Part shown: positions 57,001-64,000 of the stretch, piece by piece
How the letters are laid out: the number at the start of each line of letters is the position of its first letter
Numbering within the stretch: the stretch's first letter is position 1
Virus record (IMG/VR): IMGVR_UViG_3300045988_054045
Reading direction: 5' to 3' (one strand)
Length of the DNA stretch: 64,000 bases
From: a virus
The notes under the pieces: model-generated
The model's database searches: none
What the model saw: the letters and a program-made list of their open reading frames with translations, nothing else
Told to the model about the DNA's origin: nothing
Position numbers and translations under genes: made by a program

Positions 57001-59168
57001 TTAATACCTCTGACAAGGGAGACCTTATTAAAAAGGTCAAGACTTTGTTAGGTCTGGGTAATGATGTCTACTGTACATTCGCATTTAAGAGTTCAGCAAG
57101 TACTTTCAATAATGCTGAATGGGGCAGGTTTAGAAAGGATACTGGCTCAGAATCTCTAAGCTATATGTTCTCTGAAGATGAAGAGAGCAAGAACATTAAA
57201 TTGAAGACTCTATCTATTATTATAGGAGAGGGTACTAATGATGTATTAGAGCTACCTCTAGCCATTCTACCTAACCCTGTGACTGTGTTTAAGAATGATA
57301 AGTTTAAGGCAATTAGAGATGAGTATAATGAAATCTCAAGGAGAGACCCTAGTGCTACTATGTTTGATAGGTTCAATGAACTTATTAAGTTTATACAAGC
57401 TAATCCATCTATCGAGGGGGGAAGTGCTCTAGTGAACTTTTTGAAAGTATATACCTTTAACTCAAATGGTATATTCTACATAGAGGACAATAACTGGACA
57501 TTAGCTGGAGGACTAAAATCACAAGGTCCAACTATAACTAACGTCCTTAAAGGTATGGATTATGAGTATAATGGAAACTTGAAGTATGAGGGTAAATGGA
57601 TAACACTCGACGAATTATCGAAAGTTCCAGGCATGACCATCTCTAAAGTAAAGTTATCACCTAAAGGTGTGTACACATTCGGTGGAAAGACTATCAATTT
57701 TGCCAAGCCAGGACATCCTTTTGTATTTGTTAGCAATGATATAATGTTACAGGGTTCAGACCTTGAAACTTACTACTATAAACAACTTGAGGATGGCTCT
57801 GTAGAGAAGAAGGTAAAGCTAGTATATGTAGTTCCTCCAAAAGCATCAGTTAAGGAATATTTTGACAACTTGCTAAGCATAGTTTCTGGAGATAAGAACT
57901 CTATCAAAAGAATAGGTAATGACTTTACTGCTTATAGAATTATCAACATATTATCTGCTCAACCAGAGTTTGAGAAAAGTGACCTAAACTACAATACTAC
58001 CGCGTATGAAGGTATCATGCAGTTAATTGGGAAGCTTAATAATGCAGAAGGAGATACTAAAGCCCAAATGGCAATCCTTAATGACCCAGTGGATATTAAA
58101 GGTTTGAATGCCAACATTACAGGTAGACAAGCTCTTCAAAATTATCTATTAGGTTCTGTATATCCGCCAAATGCTGATAATACCAGTAGGGTGTTTAAGG
58201 AAGCTAACTTACGTTCTGTAGAACATATTCTAGGTCAAAACAAGATTCCTGGAATATTCTACAATATACAATACGATAAGTCTTCTACAGATGCTATTGC
58301 ATTGGATGCAGTATATGATGTAGGTAACTATTCTATTGACAATAATCCATTTATGGTGAATGGTAAGATAGACAGTCCTTCATTTTATGGTAATGTAAGC
58401 CCACTACTAGAAACGATAGTCAATAAAATGACTGATAAAGGTAGTTTTAAGGGTAGTAAAGATAATAGTAAGTATCTAGCTGGACACTCCCGTATAGGAG
58501 TAATTTCTAAACCAACAGTTGATACTGTCTTTAAGTCAATGAATATTAAGGCATCTACCTCTGTCATGTCAGAAATGGATATAGATACCTTACAAACACT
58601 ATCTAAGGAGCAGATTTTGGATGCGTATAGGAAGACAAACCATCTGGTAATACCTATAGGTTCTGACATCTATATAAGTGCAAAATCTACAAACCTTGAT
58701 GTGTCTAACTCTGTTGTTTCAGATATTTCCCAAATAGGTTTAAATATTCACAAATTTACCTTAACTTTGGGGAATGAAATCTTTAGTGCAGAGCTAAATC
58801 TAAGCGATAATGAGATTACCTTAATAAAGCAGGCGGATGCAACTACAGGAACTCCGCTTATTTCATTCAGTGTAAACTCACTGTCAGAAGTTGCAGAATA
58901 TAAAAACATCCTTAGTGTATTTAACTTTGCCACGCTTGGTAAGGTTCAATCTGCAAAGGGTGTGGAAGCATTTAATAAAGAAGTTAATGCTATGAGAGCA
59001 ACTTCTAAAATGATAAAAAGGATGAGTGAGGAAATCGACCAATTCGAGGGGTCTCAGAGAGACATGCTTAAGAATTTGGTAGATTTCTTGCAGTCTAAGC
59101 AAGATGAAAAGGCTCGTCTAAACACTACTGACAATTCATGTCCAATAACCATAAAAATTAAATTATAA
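51096..59168 (+). CDS. giant protein 2 (2690 aa) with embedded SF1 helicase-like core
   Basis: Uninterrupted ORF. GIPGSGKTTG (55358-55381), LILIDEVS (55722-55745), AAGDFDQ (55812-55832), YTGISRAIQGS (about 56355-56390). Confidence 0.85.
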   Translation: MTNSKENDWLLNRVSNPTFSISDFKAVGLDATNTSLEDASVYKNIPQIQDNPAFQTDGKFDEAKFDNIYKYMAETYNQLADESYQEDIVSQATFHRDNIFAEPEQRRKGPDIYLSREANPLRQKRGVRRLNLLDAPTMSADEVAQTQKVLANPIGASNGASPVWHDSPNDSFWTDFWDTRVMAQWDEDGEHVDPISKELVKHKKGELKLNENGTYYYENLDGRDVYGRRVLSKLNTLTTDGSAINKYDFFDSDGIDKSVAGSLARNAISILPMFIPGISPWYIGAGIALETTKVLATLGKVFSGSDNKFLSSVEGFTKSLEPTTSEYGQSNAWSMENFINLAGDVFKQLYEQRWIFKYAPAIVKGNLMDEAGIAKKELEFQKKWATLQDYTKLSQKDIAKLGRQLEELKAVTALKAQNDLENYMKGYNKIGEILSKAYMTSITVQDAYGEAKEQGATDMEAALLTLGYAAGEYAIINSKLGEWILPELRMDKEQMKQVVKTLTEGSRKTIDNASKVQKTEWMKKIFKLGKDVAQANYSIGKSGLKATAANALGEGIEEVSEEVLYDFAKSVTNLGMWLAGSDTPPLQAWDNMLDRYGMSFVGGMLGGAMFDALPNLRAARQLGSMDSKQAMQQLVYMARNGKMNDFLKLVNKMELGNKYLSATKLVDGVDGKKIWAQGTDSDNQDLAAKSEVRRIAKFVTDTLAAQGATISDDAFFDTQTLNDLRFSALRNSSVAASYLQDYNSVCEKIVTLTNQLNSLGGTQERMENGGPTDAQVKENGDEATKAERSRLEGELKAAIERKEAYMKGELAPQLIYESLFEMSTAVSSAYLSPTLIQYAENKTGKKVTDIPKNELEEISKEYEGWKNSGFKDAVRTAASIHKSIAKVIAPLFQNHSLKYYESFDENLHSTLSVLQSGLNEYVNRLNETKDSESFSEEMSQFNVHSSMGIISPLLATFGTESEKSTFTDIINTPITEDYTAEVQAEQYNKLVGKFLVSHIEAITKPIINQGYINPELKRVLSSTLNSAYWYFINQAEYYGDENSYIDATKMEAAKAQIDKLKHSNIIELLDQFSLSTADSDVKVSSILEETDASLKEHMEDLSNFNLNNERLDQITEALSVINIFKAQLLSARVDNADLSNLYGMNVTINELDSEANLAELQSNVADAMMQDLEGIELRLKTFQKIIAANNAQKLGEQTRTANNKNILIYDRIKRFILSIPNDWSGRAEFESVVSSLSKLEEISAAKKVNLNKEERFQVESEIVKLDDAIYDFFKANSDKVKNPEALSKLISVDNFGLITLNDSIESLNSKSTSIDDNAIVWYIASRAAVRASDFYEEYRSIISDKIAPIPTQELATYLGYASILNGGVIENFCDAVNTSLKNHADSMTNSEWESKYGRGIPREGILDSLVSPRFARVAFIEGIPGSGKTTGVFNNLIVLLKKYHPEVLKNVWIVHATEDSAKDLAKNLGLDTATTLDREHYMRKISQEWKDFKDYPQKSSKEVDPTWEEDIMVSIVDDDIYFDDNNITRSNFKINEISEAPSLILIDEVSRHTVVDMDLTNRFSQKYGTPVVAAGDFDQSKAIGRHLINFKGTNVKNTIQLARRNFVRCPKLGVSMRANNQQVTVNLNNLKSILSDLRSNNYGSDITMHYYQDNSGLFGTKVYNSKDVNGSVPYSIELVKADIDLMISSMNPDEKIGFIYYDTDTEIYKLLSSATYKDRIDFKQGNSSQGLEGKYYIIDDSAGLENEEYWDDLYTGISRAIQGSIVLHTKDNYRTSNSNQLASIQDSSTSVSELSRDGIKTFSSERRDMLNRLTLDSKPTELIKREKDTTIPSVTVVPEVGLTSETATTVTDDGTKETVIITNNGLPTEKDIRDKTLASSEDTTPPPVPATSVSHTSSTKTEAILDLLMYTFPTFESGTTFDEKGNLIVTPENSKRLDSYFGLNRLPGIQVKNKETFDEVIGNLRSIIFNTSDKGDLIKKVKTLLGLGNDVYCTFAFKSSASTFNNAEWGRFRKDTGSESLSYMFSEDEESKNIKLKTLSIIIGEGTNDVLELPLAILPNPVTVFKNDKFKAIRDEYNEISRRDPSATMFDRFNELIKFIQANPSIEGGSALVNFLKVYTFNSNGIFYIEDNNWTLAGGLKSQGPTITNVLKGMDYEYNGNLKYEGKWITLDELSKVPGMTISKVKLSPKGVYTFGGKTINFAKPGHPFVFVSNDIMLQGSDLETYYYKQLEDGSVEKKVKLVYVVPPKASVKEYFDNLLSIVSGDKNSIKRIGNDFTAYRIINILSAQPEFEKSDLNYNTTAYEGIMQLIGKLNNAEGDTKAQMAILNDPVDIKGLNANITGRQALQNYLLGSVYPPNADNTSRVFKEANLRSVEHILGQNKIPGIFYNIQYDKSSTDAIALDAVYDVGNYSIDNNPFMVNGKIDSPSFYGNVSPLLETIVNKMTDKGSFKGSKDNSKYLAGHSRIGVISKPTVDTVFKSMNIKASTSVMSEMDIDTLQTLSKEQILDAYRKTNHLVIPIGSDIYISAKSTNLDVSNSVVSDISQIGLNIHKFTLTLGNEIFSAELNLSDNEITLIKQADATTGTPLISFSVNSLSEVAEYKNILSVFNFATLGKVQSAKGVEAFNKEVNAMRATSKMIKRMSEEIDQFEGSQRDMLKNLVDFLQSKQDEKARLNTTDNSCPITIKIKL

Positions 59169-59170
59169 TC

Positions 59171-62100
59171 ATGGGTAAATGTAAATTTAACAAGAATGAT
59201 TCCAACTTAGATTTACAAGATGTATTGCAAGATACATTAGAGGAAATTTGGGAGGAAAAAGACGAATTTAGTAGAAAGGCGATGTTTATTAATAGTCTGA
59301 AAGAGATTGGAGAGGGGTATGACATCACATCCCTCTCCGACCTTGCGGACTTTATTGATGCATTCGTTATGGAGATTGCTCCAGCATTACATGATGTTGT
59401 TCCATCTAATATGACTACTTACCTTTCTGGCAATAGTAGTAATATTGATGATACTGCTGAGGAAAATCCTACAAAACTGGATGCCTTAGATGACCCTGAG
59501 GGTAATGCTGATGCAAAACAAAGAATTAGAGGATTCATAGTAACTAATTATGGTACTGCAACTGAAATTGCTTCTGCAATGGAAGCTAGTGTTGTTGATA
59601 ATATAGTTAAATGTTTCCTTGTAGACAGAGAAGCTGGTAAAGTTATAAAAACTGAACATGAAATCAATGAGGCACTTAGGAATTACCAAGAAACCCTTCT
59701 ACAAGATGTAGTTGCTTATTTAAAGGATGTATACTCTAAACTTCCATCTAAAGATGCCCAAAGTGCTCTTGAGAAGTTATCTAATCTTACCATGTGGAAG
59801 GATGGAGTGTATCTAAATGCAGTGGGAGAACTTAATGCTGTAGGTGAAAGGTTTCTTCATCATTCACACTTCACAGCTGACGACCTTAGGAGGATATATT
59901 CTAGAAATAGGATTATTGATAAAAAGTTTATTAAAGCCTATAATAGCTTAGTTATCCTGAATCACTTCGATGACTTACTTAGTTCCAAGTTGGGAAAGGT
60001 TCTTAAAATTAATGAGAACTTCCCTAAATACAGTCCAGAGGATAGATATTCTCTTACTGGTACTGGAGCAAACAATAGTAGGAACTGGGGTGACAAGGAG
60101 AAGGATGTAAATATGAATGACCATGTATCTGATGTAACTAAGTTACTGGTTGAGACTACTCCTGTATACACTTGGGGAAGTAGTACGCCTGTTGCCGATA
60201 AAAAGGTTAAGTTGGATGCATTCAATTATATCATATCCAAGATTAAGGGATTGGCTAATTCTCCTGATATTCATAACCCTGCACTCACGTTTGATGGAAT
60301 GTTCTTCCTTAAATACCCTCAATTTGAGCATTTACGCTCTTCAATTGGAGGTAAGTCTTTTTATACACTACTATCTTCTGCTAGTACTGGTAATGTGCTT
60401 GAAAACTATCACGCTTTGTTCGAATTACTGAGTGATGAGTCTTTCTTTAATAGCAATTATGAGTTACTTAGAGGATTCAAGAGTATAGAAAAGAACCTAG
60501 TATATTCACTGAGGCAGGGCATCTTTAGTAGTGATACCCACTCCTTATTTGGGATTTACAAGAATAATATTCTTGACACTAACTATTACTCATTTATCTG
60601 CCAGCTAGTGGCAACTGCTAGTCCTCTTGACTTTGTGCAATATAGGATTAACGAGGATGGGGAGATAGTCAGAGCAACTTTGAGAGATAATCTTAATAGA
60701 CAATTAAGAAATCAACTTGAGAGAAGTATTTCTTCTGCATTAAGTATTACAGCTCCTACACAGTATGAGCCTAAAGTTGCTAAGTATAATCCCAGATATG
60801 AAGAGGATAAGGTTACGGATGCAAAAGAAGGATTGAGAACTGTTTCTGTGTTTAGATTCCAGATACCAGAGTTAAATATATCTGTTCAATTTAACCCAAA
60901 GGCGAAGAGGTCTAATGCTTTTTCAATATCTAGAGATGGAAAGCCTTTAACAACCTTTAATGGTAAGGAGGATTGGGAAAAAGCACTTCCTTTCTTTAAA
61001 GAGTTCCTATATCTAGATTTTGTTTCGGATGGACCTTTAGTTGAAAGTTATCTTGCTCTGAAGACAAAAAATGGTAATATCCAGTACGAGTCAGCTATTA
61101 GTGATTTACTTCAACTTAGTACAAGTATCTTCTTCAACTCATACTTCTCCCATAATTTAGTTCCAAAGGAAACTAGTACTCAGGAATTTAGAAGGAGACA
61201 AGAAGAAGTATTTGGTGCTGAGAATCTAACTTCTATAAAAAGAGGTTCTAAGGATATTGGTATTCTTCTACCTAGCTATGTGCCAGTAATGGAAGATGTT
61301 GCAGCAGCCTATGCTATGACCACCGATGCTTATGTAAGTGGCATCGCTAGGGATGGTGAGGGTCGTGCACTATCTGGAGTTGCTATGTCTATGCTTGGCA
61401 CTAATTATAGAAACCAATGGGTAAATCAGTGCATGAATCCAGGTTCTGCCACTAATGCCTTCTCCCTTTTAAATAGCTCTTTCCTTCATAGAGGAATGGT
61501 AGTGTCAAGAGAGTACAAGGGTAAAATAGGTAGCAAGAAGCACATTGACTTCAATATGTCAGAGTCTTTCTATACTGCATTTGTAAGTAATTATTTATGT
61601 AATATAGTAGGTAATACAGATGCAGCATTCTTACCTTCTGTTATCTCAGATAAATCCTCTCTGATTCACATGGTTGAAAATCTAAAGTCTACTAGTGGAT
61701 TAGACAAGCCCTACGCGAACCTAACTAAGGATGAAACCATAGCTATTATAAACAAGGAGCTTGGAGATTGTTATGTAAAGATAATAAACTCTATAACCTC
61801 AGAGTGGGAACAATTAAACTCTGCTCTTAGGAGTATTGATACTTCTTTAGTGTTTAACAATCCAGTTCAGTATCCGTTGTTGGCAAGTAAGAAGGTAATT
61901 CCTGTATTTAACCCAATGACTAACTTTGCGGAAGTGAATGCAGTCTATGGGAATGATTCAAGAAAGGTTCTTGAAGAGGTATTGAGAGTATATCAAAACA
62001 TTGTTAGGGGTAAAGACCTTGAAATTAAGGATGAAGTATCATTCCAAGGTAGCAAAACTTTATCATTCAACAGAACTTTAATATCTCTTACTAATAGGTT

Positions 62101-64000
62101 TAATCCAGAGTATTTTACTAGAGCTGGTCTTAACGTAGAAGAAGTATTTGGTAAGCTTACTAACAGTGAGGACTTTTGGAGGATTAAAGAGGTAGAGTTA
62201 TTAACTGACCTACTTGACAATGATTTCATGATTGAAACCACTGATGAAAGAGGTAATGCTCTTACCACTCCAGAGGTAGCATATCTAGCTAAGAACAAGG
62301 ATTGGATAAAGTTCTCTACCAAAAGAGTAATATTGGCTAAGTATACTAATTTTGGTAAAACTTTTGACATTACTAAATGGTCAGACCTATATTCCATAGG
62401 AGGTTACACCGAGAATGGAATAACTTATAATTGGGGAACTCCTGGATTTAGTTTTTCTAAATTCCTAGAGATAAGAGGAGGAGAACTACAATTACATCCT
62501 GATTTGGCTAGATTTAACGTAATGGACTATCTACTTAGCCAAGAGTACGTACTCTCTACCGTTGGAACTCATGCTAATCATCCAGCTAAGAAGGCTACTT
62601 CAAGCCCAAATGACTTAGTAGAAGAAGCTGCAAGATATATTGCTCAGCATAAGAGAAATGTATCATACACAGCTGCCAAGCAAGTTATGATTCAAGGTCT
62701 AATAAATGGTATATTACCTGAGTATACAATTGCTGTAATTGAGGATGATACCGCCCCAACCTATAATCCTATGGGAGACCATGATGAGCATGGAGTTAAG
62801 CAATATGATGGTAGTACATTTGTATCCCCTGAGACAATGTATCTGGAGAATAATTCTCTTGGTGGTGCTAAGGTGGGTGTGGATAAGAAACCATTTATTC
62901 ACTTCTACAAGGAAGGTAGTGCTACTGGTGGTATTATTAAAACTGCTGGATTTGCCTTAACCAACTTTACTATGCGAAATAGCAAGTTCTATCAGAGAAT
63001 GGTAAAGAAGATGTGGGGCAAAACATGGGAATTTGAGGGTTCTCTGTTTAATGATAATGTATTGGTAGATTTCCAGGGTAATCTCATACCTTATGAGGAT
63101 GTTTATTACAAAGGAACTGATGGTAAATTTTATATGATTAATAGTATTACATATGTGCCAGAGGACGGTACATATATGATTATTAAATCTGAAGTTGAAC
63201 CTGATGGTACTATTGTAAGACAACTTCCAGCTGAGATTACTCCCAAACCTGGAGAAGGTCCGAGAGTTACAGCTAGTGGAACAACTCTTTATCCAGTAAC
63301 AACCAACTTTGGCTTATATCAAATGTTTGGAGGCTGGAACTCCTATTCTAAATCAGAAGATGGTTTAATTCCATCTGAGGTTTCAGTAAGGAATGTTGTT
63401 AAAGCCGTTAACGGTGTGGGAGTTAAAGTGTCTGATTCCGTTGTTTCCCAATCGGATGTGGTTCAGCCATTAAAATGGGCATCTATTCAATACGTGGTAA
63501 CAGCAGGTGCTATTAAGCAAGGTGCAGCTAATGTTAATTTGAAGCATGCTTATTTTGATGATAATCCATATCTGACTATGAAGTTTAAGACTACTGATAT
63601 TGGTATTCAGCTAGATGCAGAACATAATGCTGATGAATCTACGCTGTCTATTATGACTCAGGTAGTTAATGCTTTGTCTTCTAGAGGTTACACTTCAGAG
63701 CAAGCTGGAGAAGTTTATGAAGCTATGTTTGCCCTAACTGAGGCTGGAATCAACGATTACGTTGAAGGATTTAGACAATACATGGATGATAGTGACCCTA
63801 CTAAGTTCAAGGATGCTATAATCTCTACAATAGTTAAGTCTATTCAGAATAGTACTAGCAGAGATGGAAATCTTATGCAGGCTGTTATGGATACATTAAT
63901 ATCTGATACTAAGGCAGGTAAACTGGTAAAGTATAAGAATGTTGAGGGGGTAATTCCATTTAGTGACCCAAGCATCTTTAATGGACTTTGTTCTGCTATA
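59171..64000 (+). CDS. giant protein 3, 5' part (>=1610 aa, continues past the window); candidate virion RNA polymerase-block protein
   Basis: I read frame 2 codon by codon from ATG 59171 to base 64000 and found no stop. Missing from the ORF track only because no stop lies in the window. Confidence 0.8.
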   Translation, partial: MGKCKFNKNDSNLDLQDVLQDTLEEIWEEKDEFSRKAMFINSLKEIGEGYDITSLSDLADFIDAFVMEIAPALHDVVPSNMTTYLSGNSSNIDDTAEENPTKLDALDDPEGNADAKQRIRGFIVTNYGTATEIASAMEASVVDNIVKCFLVDREAGKVIKTEHEINEALRNYQETLLQDVVAYLKDVYSKLPSKDAQSALEKLSNLTMWKDGVYLNAVGELNAVGERFLHHSHFTADDLRRIYSRNRIIDKKFIKAYNSLVILNHFDDLLSSKLGKVLKINENFPKYSPEDRYSLTGTGANNSRNWGDKEKDVNMNDHVSDVTKLLVETTPVYTWGSSTPVADKKVKLDAFNYIISKIKGLANSPDIHNPALTFDGMFFLKYPQFEHLRSSIGGKSFYTLLSSASTGNVLENYHALFELLSDESFFNSNYELLRGFKSIEKNLVYSLRQGIFSSDTHSLFGIYKNNILDTNYYSFICQLVATASPLDFVQYRINEDGEIVRATLRDNLNRQLRNQLERSISSALSITAPTQYEPKVAKYNPRYEEDKVTDAKEGLRTVSVFRFQIPELNISVQFNPKAKRSNAFSISRDGKPLTTFNGKEDWEKALPFFKEFLYLDFVSDGPLVESYLALKTKNGNIQYESAISDLLQLSTSIFFNSYFSHNLVPKETSTQEFRRRQEEVFGAENLTSIKRGSKDIGILLPSYVPVMEDVAAAYAMTTDAYVSGIARDGEGRALSGVAMSMLGTNYRNQWVNQCMNPGSATNAFSLLNSSFLHRGMVVSREYKGKIGSKKHIDFNMSESFYTAFVSNYLCNIVGNTDAAFLPSVISDKSSLIHMVENLKSTSGLDKPYANLTKDETIAIINKELGDCYVKIINSITSEWEQLNSALRSIDTSLVFNNPVQYPLLASKKVIPVFNPMTNFAEVNAVYGNDSRKVLEEVLRVYQNIVRGKDLEIKDEVSFQGSKTLSFNRTLISLTNRFNPEYFTRAGLNVEEVFGKLTNSEDFWRIKEVELLTDLLDNDFMIETTDERGNALTTPEVAYLAKNKDWIKFSTKRVILAKYTNFGKTFDITKWSDLYSIGGYTENGITYNWGTPGFSFSKFLEIRGGELQLHPDLARFNVMDYLLSQEYVLSTVGTHANHPAKKATSSPNDLVEEAARYIAQHKRNVSYTAAKQVMIQGLINGILPEYTIAVIEDDTAPTYNPMGDHDEHGVKQYDGSTFVSPETMYLENNSLGGAKVGVDKKPFIHFYKEGSATGGIIKTAGFALTNFTMRNSKFYQRMVKKMWGKTWEFEGSLFNDNVLVDFQGNLIPYEDVYYKGTDGKFYMINSITYVPEDGTYMIIKSEVEPDGTIVRQLPAEITPKPGEGPRVTASGTTLYPVTTNFGLYQMFGGWNSYSKSEDGLIPSEVSVRNVVKAVNGVGVKVSDSVVSQSDVVQPLKWASIQYVVTAGAIKQGAANVNLKHAYFDDNPYLTMKFKTTDIGIQLDAEHNADESTLSIMTQVVNALSSRGYTSEQAGEVYEAMFALTEAGINDYVEGFRQYMDDSDPTKFKDAIISTIVKSIQNSTSRDGNLMQAVMDTLISDTKAGKLVKYKNVEGVIPFSDPSIFNGLCSAI

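Noticed and set aside
60150-60431. Alternative-frame + strand ORFs (60150-60431, 62739-62960, 45837-46043, 36791-36976, 27125-27346, 20485-20673, 18639-18854).
   Set aside because: They are embedded out of frame within much longer ORFs and have implausible hydrophobic or basic low-complexity translations.
62774-62791. GDHDEH as the catalytic metal-binding motif of a two-barrel RNA polymerase.
   Set aside because: It does not fit DxDxD, since the third acidic position is His. I found no canonical DxDxD in the visible 1610 aa. It is mentioned only as a lead, and the catalytic motif may lie beyond the window or in another protein.
59171-64000. Possible stop-codon reassignment (TAG or TGA recoding, known in some crAss-like lineages) to explain the lack of track ORFs after 59168.
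   Set aside because: The frame starting at 59171 contains no stop codon of any kind. The ORF is simply unterminated within the window. The other giant ORFs also read through with the standard code.

Overview
AT-rich dsDNA phage segment. Every credible gene lies on the + strand (about 85 CDS), and many are joined by ATGA or TAATG stop/start overlaps. All minus-strand ORFs in the track sit inside longer + strand ORFs and look spurious. The first ~44 kb is a replication, nucleotide-metabolism and host-takeover module: DnaB-like helicase, TOPRIM primase, Dda/RecD-like SF1 helicase, family A DNA polymerase, ATP-dependent ligase, anaerobic RNR NrdD/NrdG, ThyX, dUTPase, UDG and several nucleases. 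Four accessory islands are embedded in it: (i) four tandem paralogs sharing an IQSFSDVxTNSSSE motif, followed by a radical SAM enzyme (4.6-7.5 kb); (ii) an RNA-repair set of Rnl2-like ligase, CCA-type nucleotidyltransferase and Pnk-like kinase/phosphatase (23.5-27.3 kb); (iii) a DUF2829/Tad2-like mini-protein (23.2 kb); (iv) a dense NAD island (37.2-43.8 kb) with a complete Preiss-Handler route (PncA, PncB, NadE, NadD) plus NDT-like, Nudix, SLOG/DUF2493-like, HAD and YqeY genes. I rank this NAD island as the best candidate for an undescribed counter-defence system. The last ~20 kb holds a small, transcriptionally insulated Ala/Gly/Pro-rich gene and four giant ORFs of 1572, 612, 2690 and >1610 aa. 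The last giant ORF runs off the window and is missing from the ORF track. Intergenic regions carry Bacteroidota-type TAnnTTTG promoter boxes and two clean intrinsic terminators. I found no tRNA, CRISPR array, transposase, integrase or in-frame stop recoding. My best guess is a large crAss-like (Crassvirales-like) phage of an anaerobic Bacteroidota host; this is inference from gene content and promoter type, not a database result.
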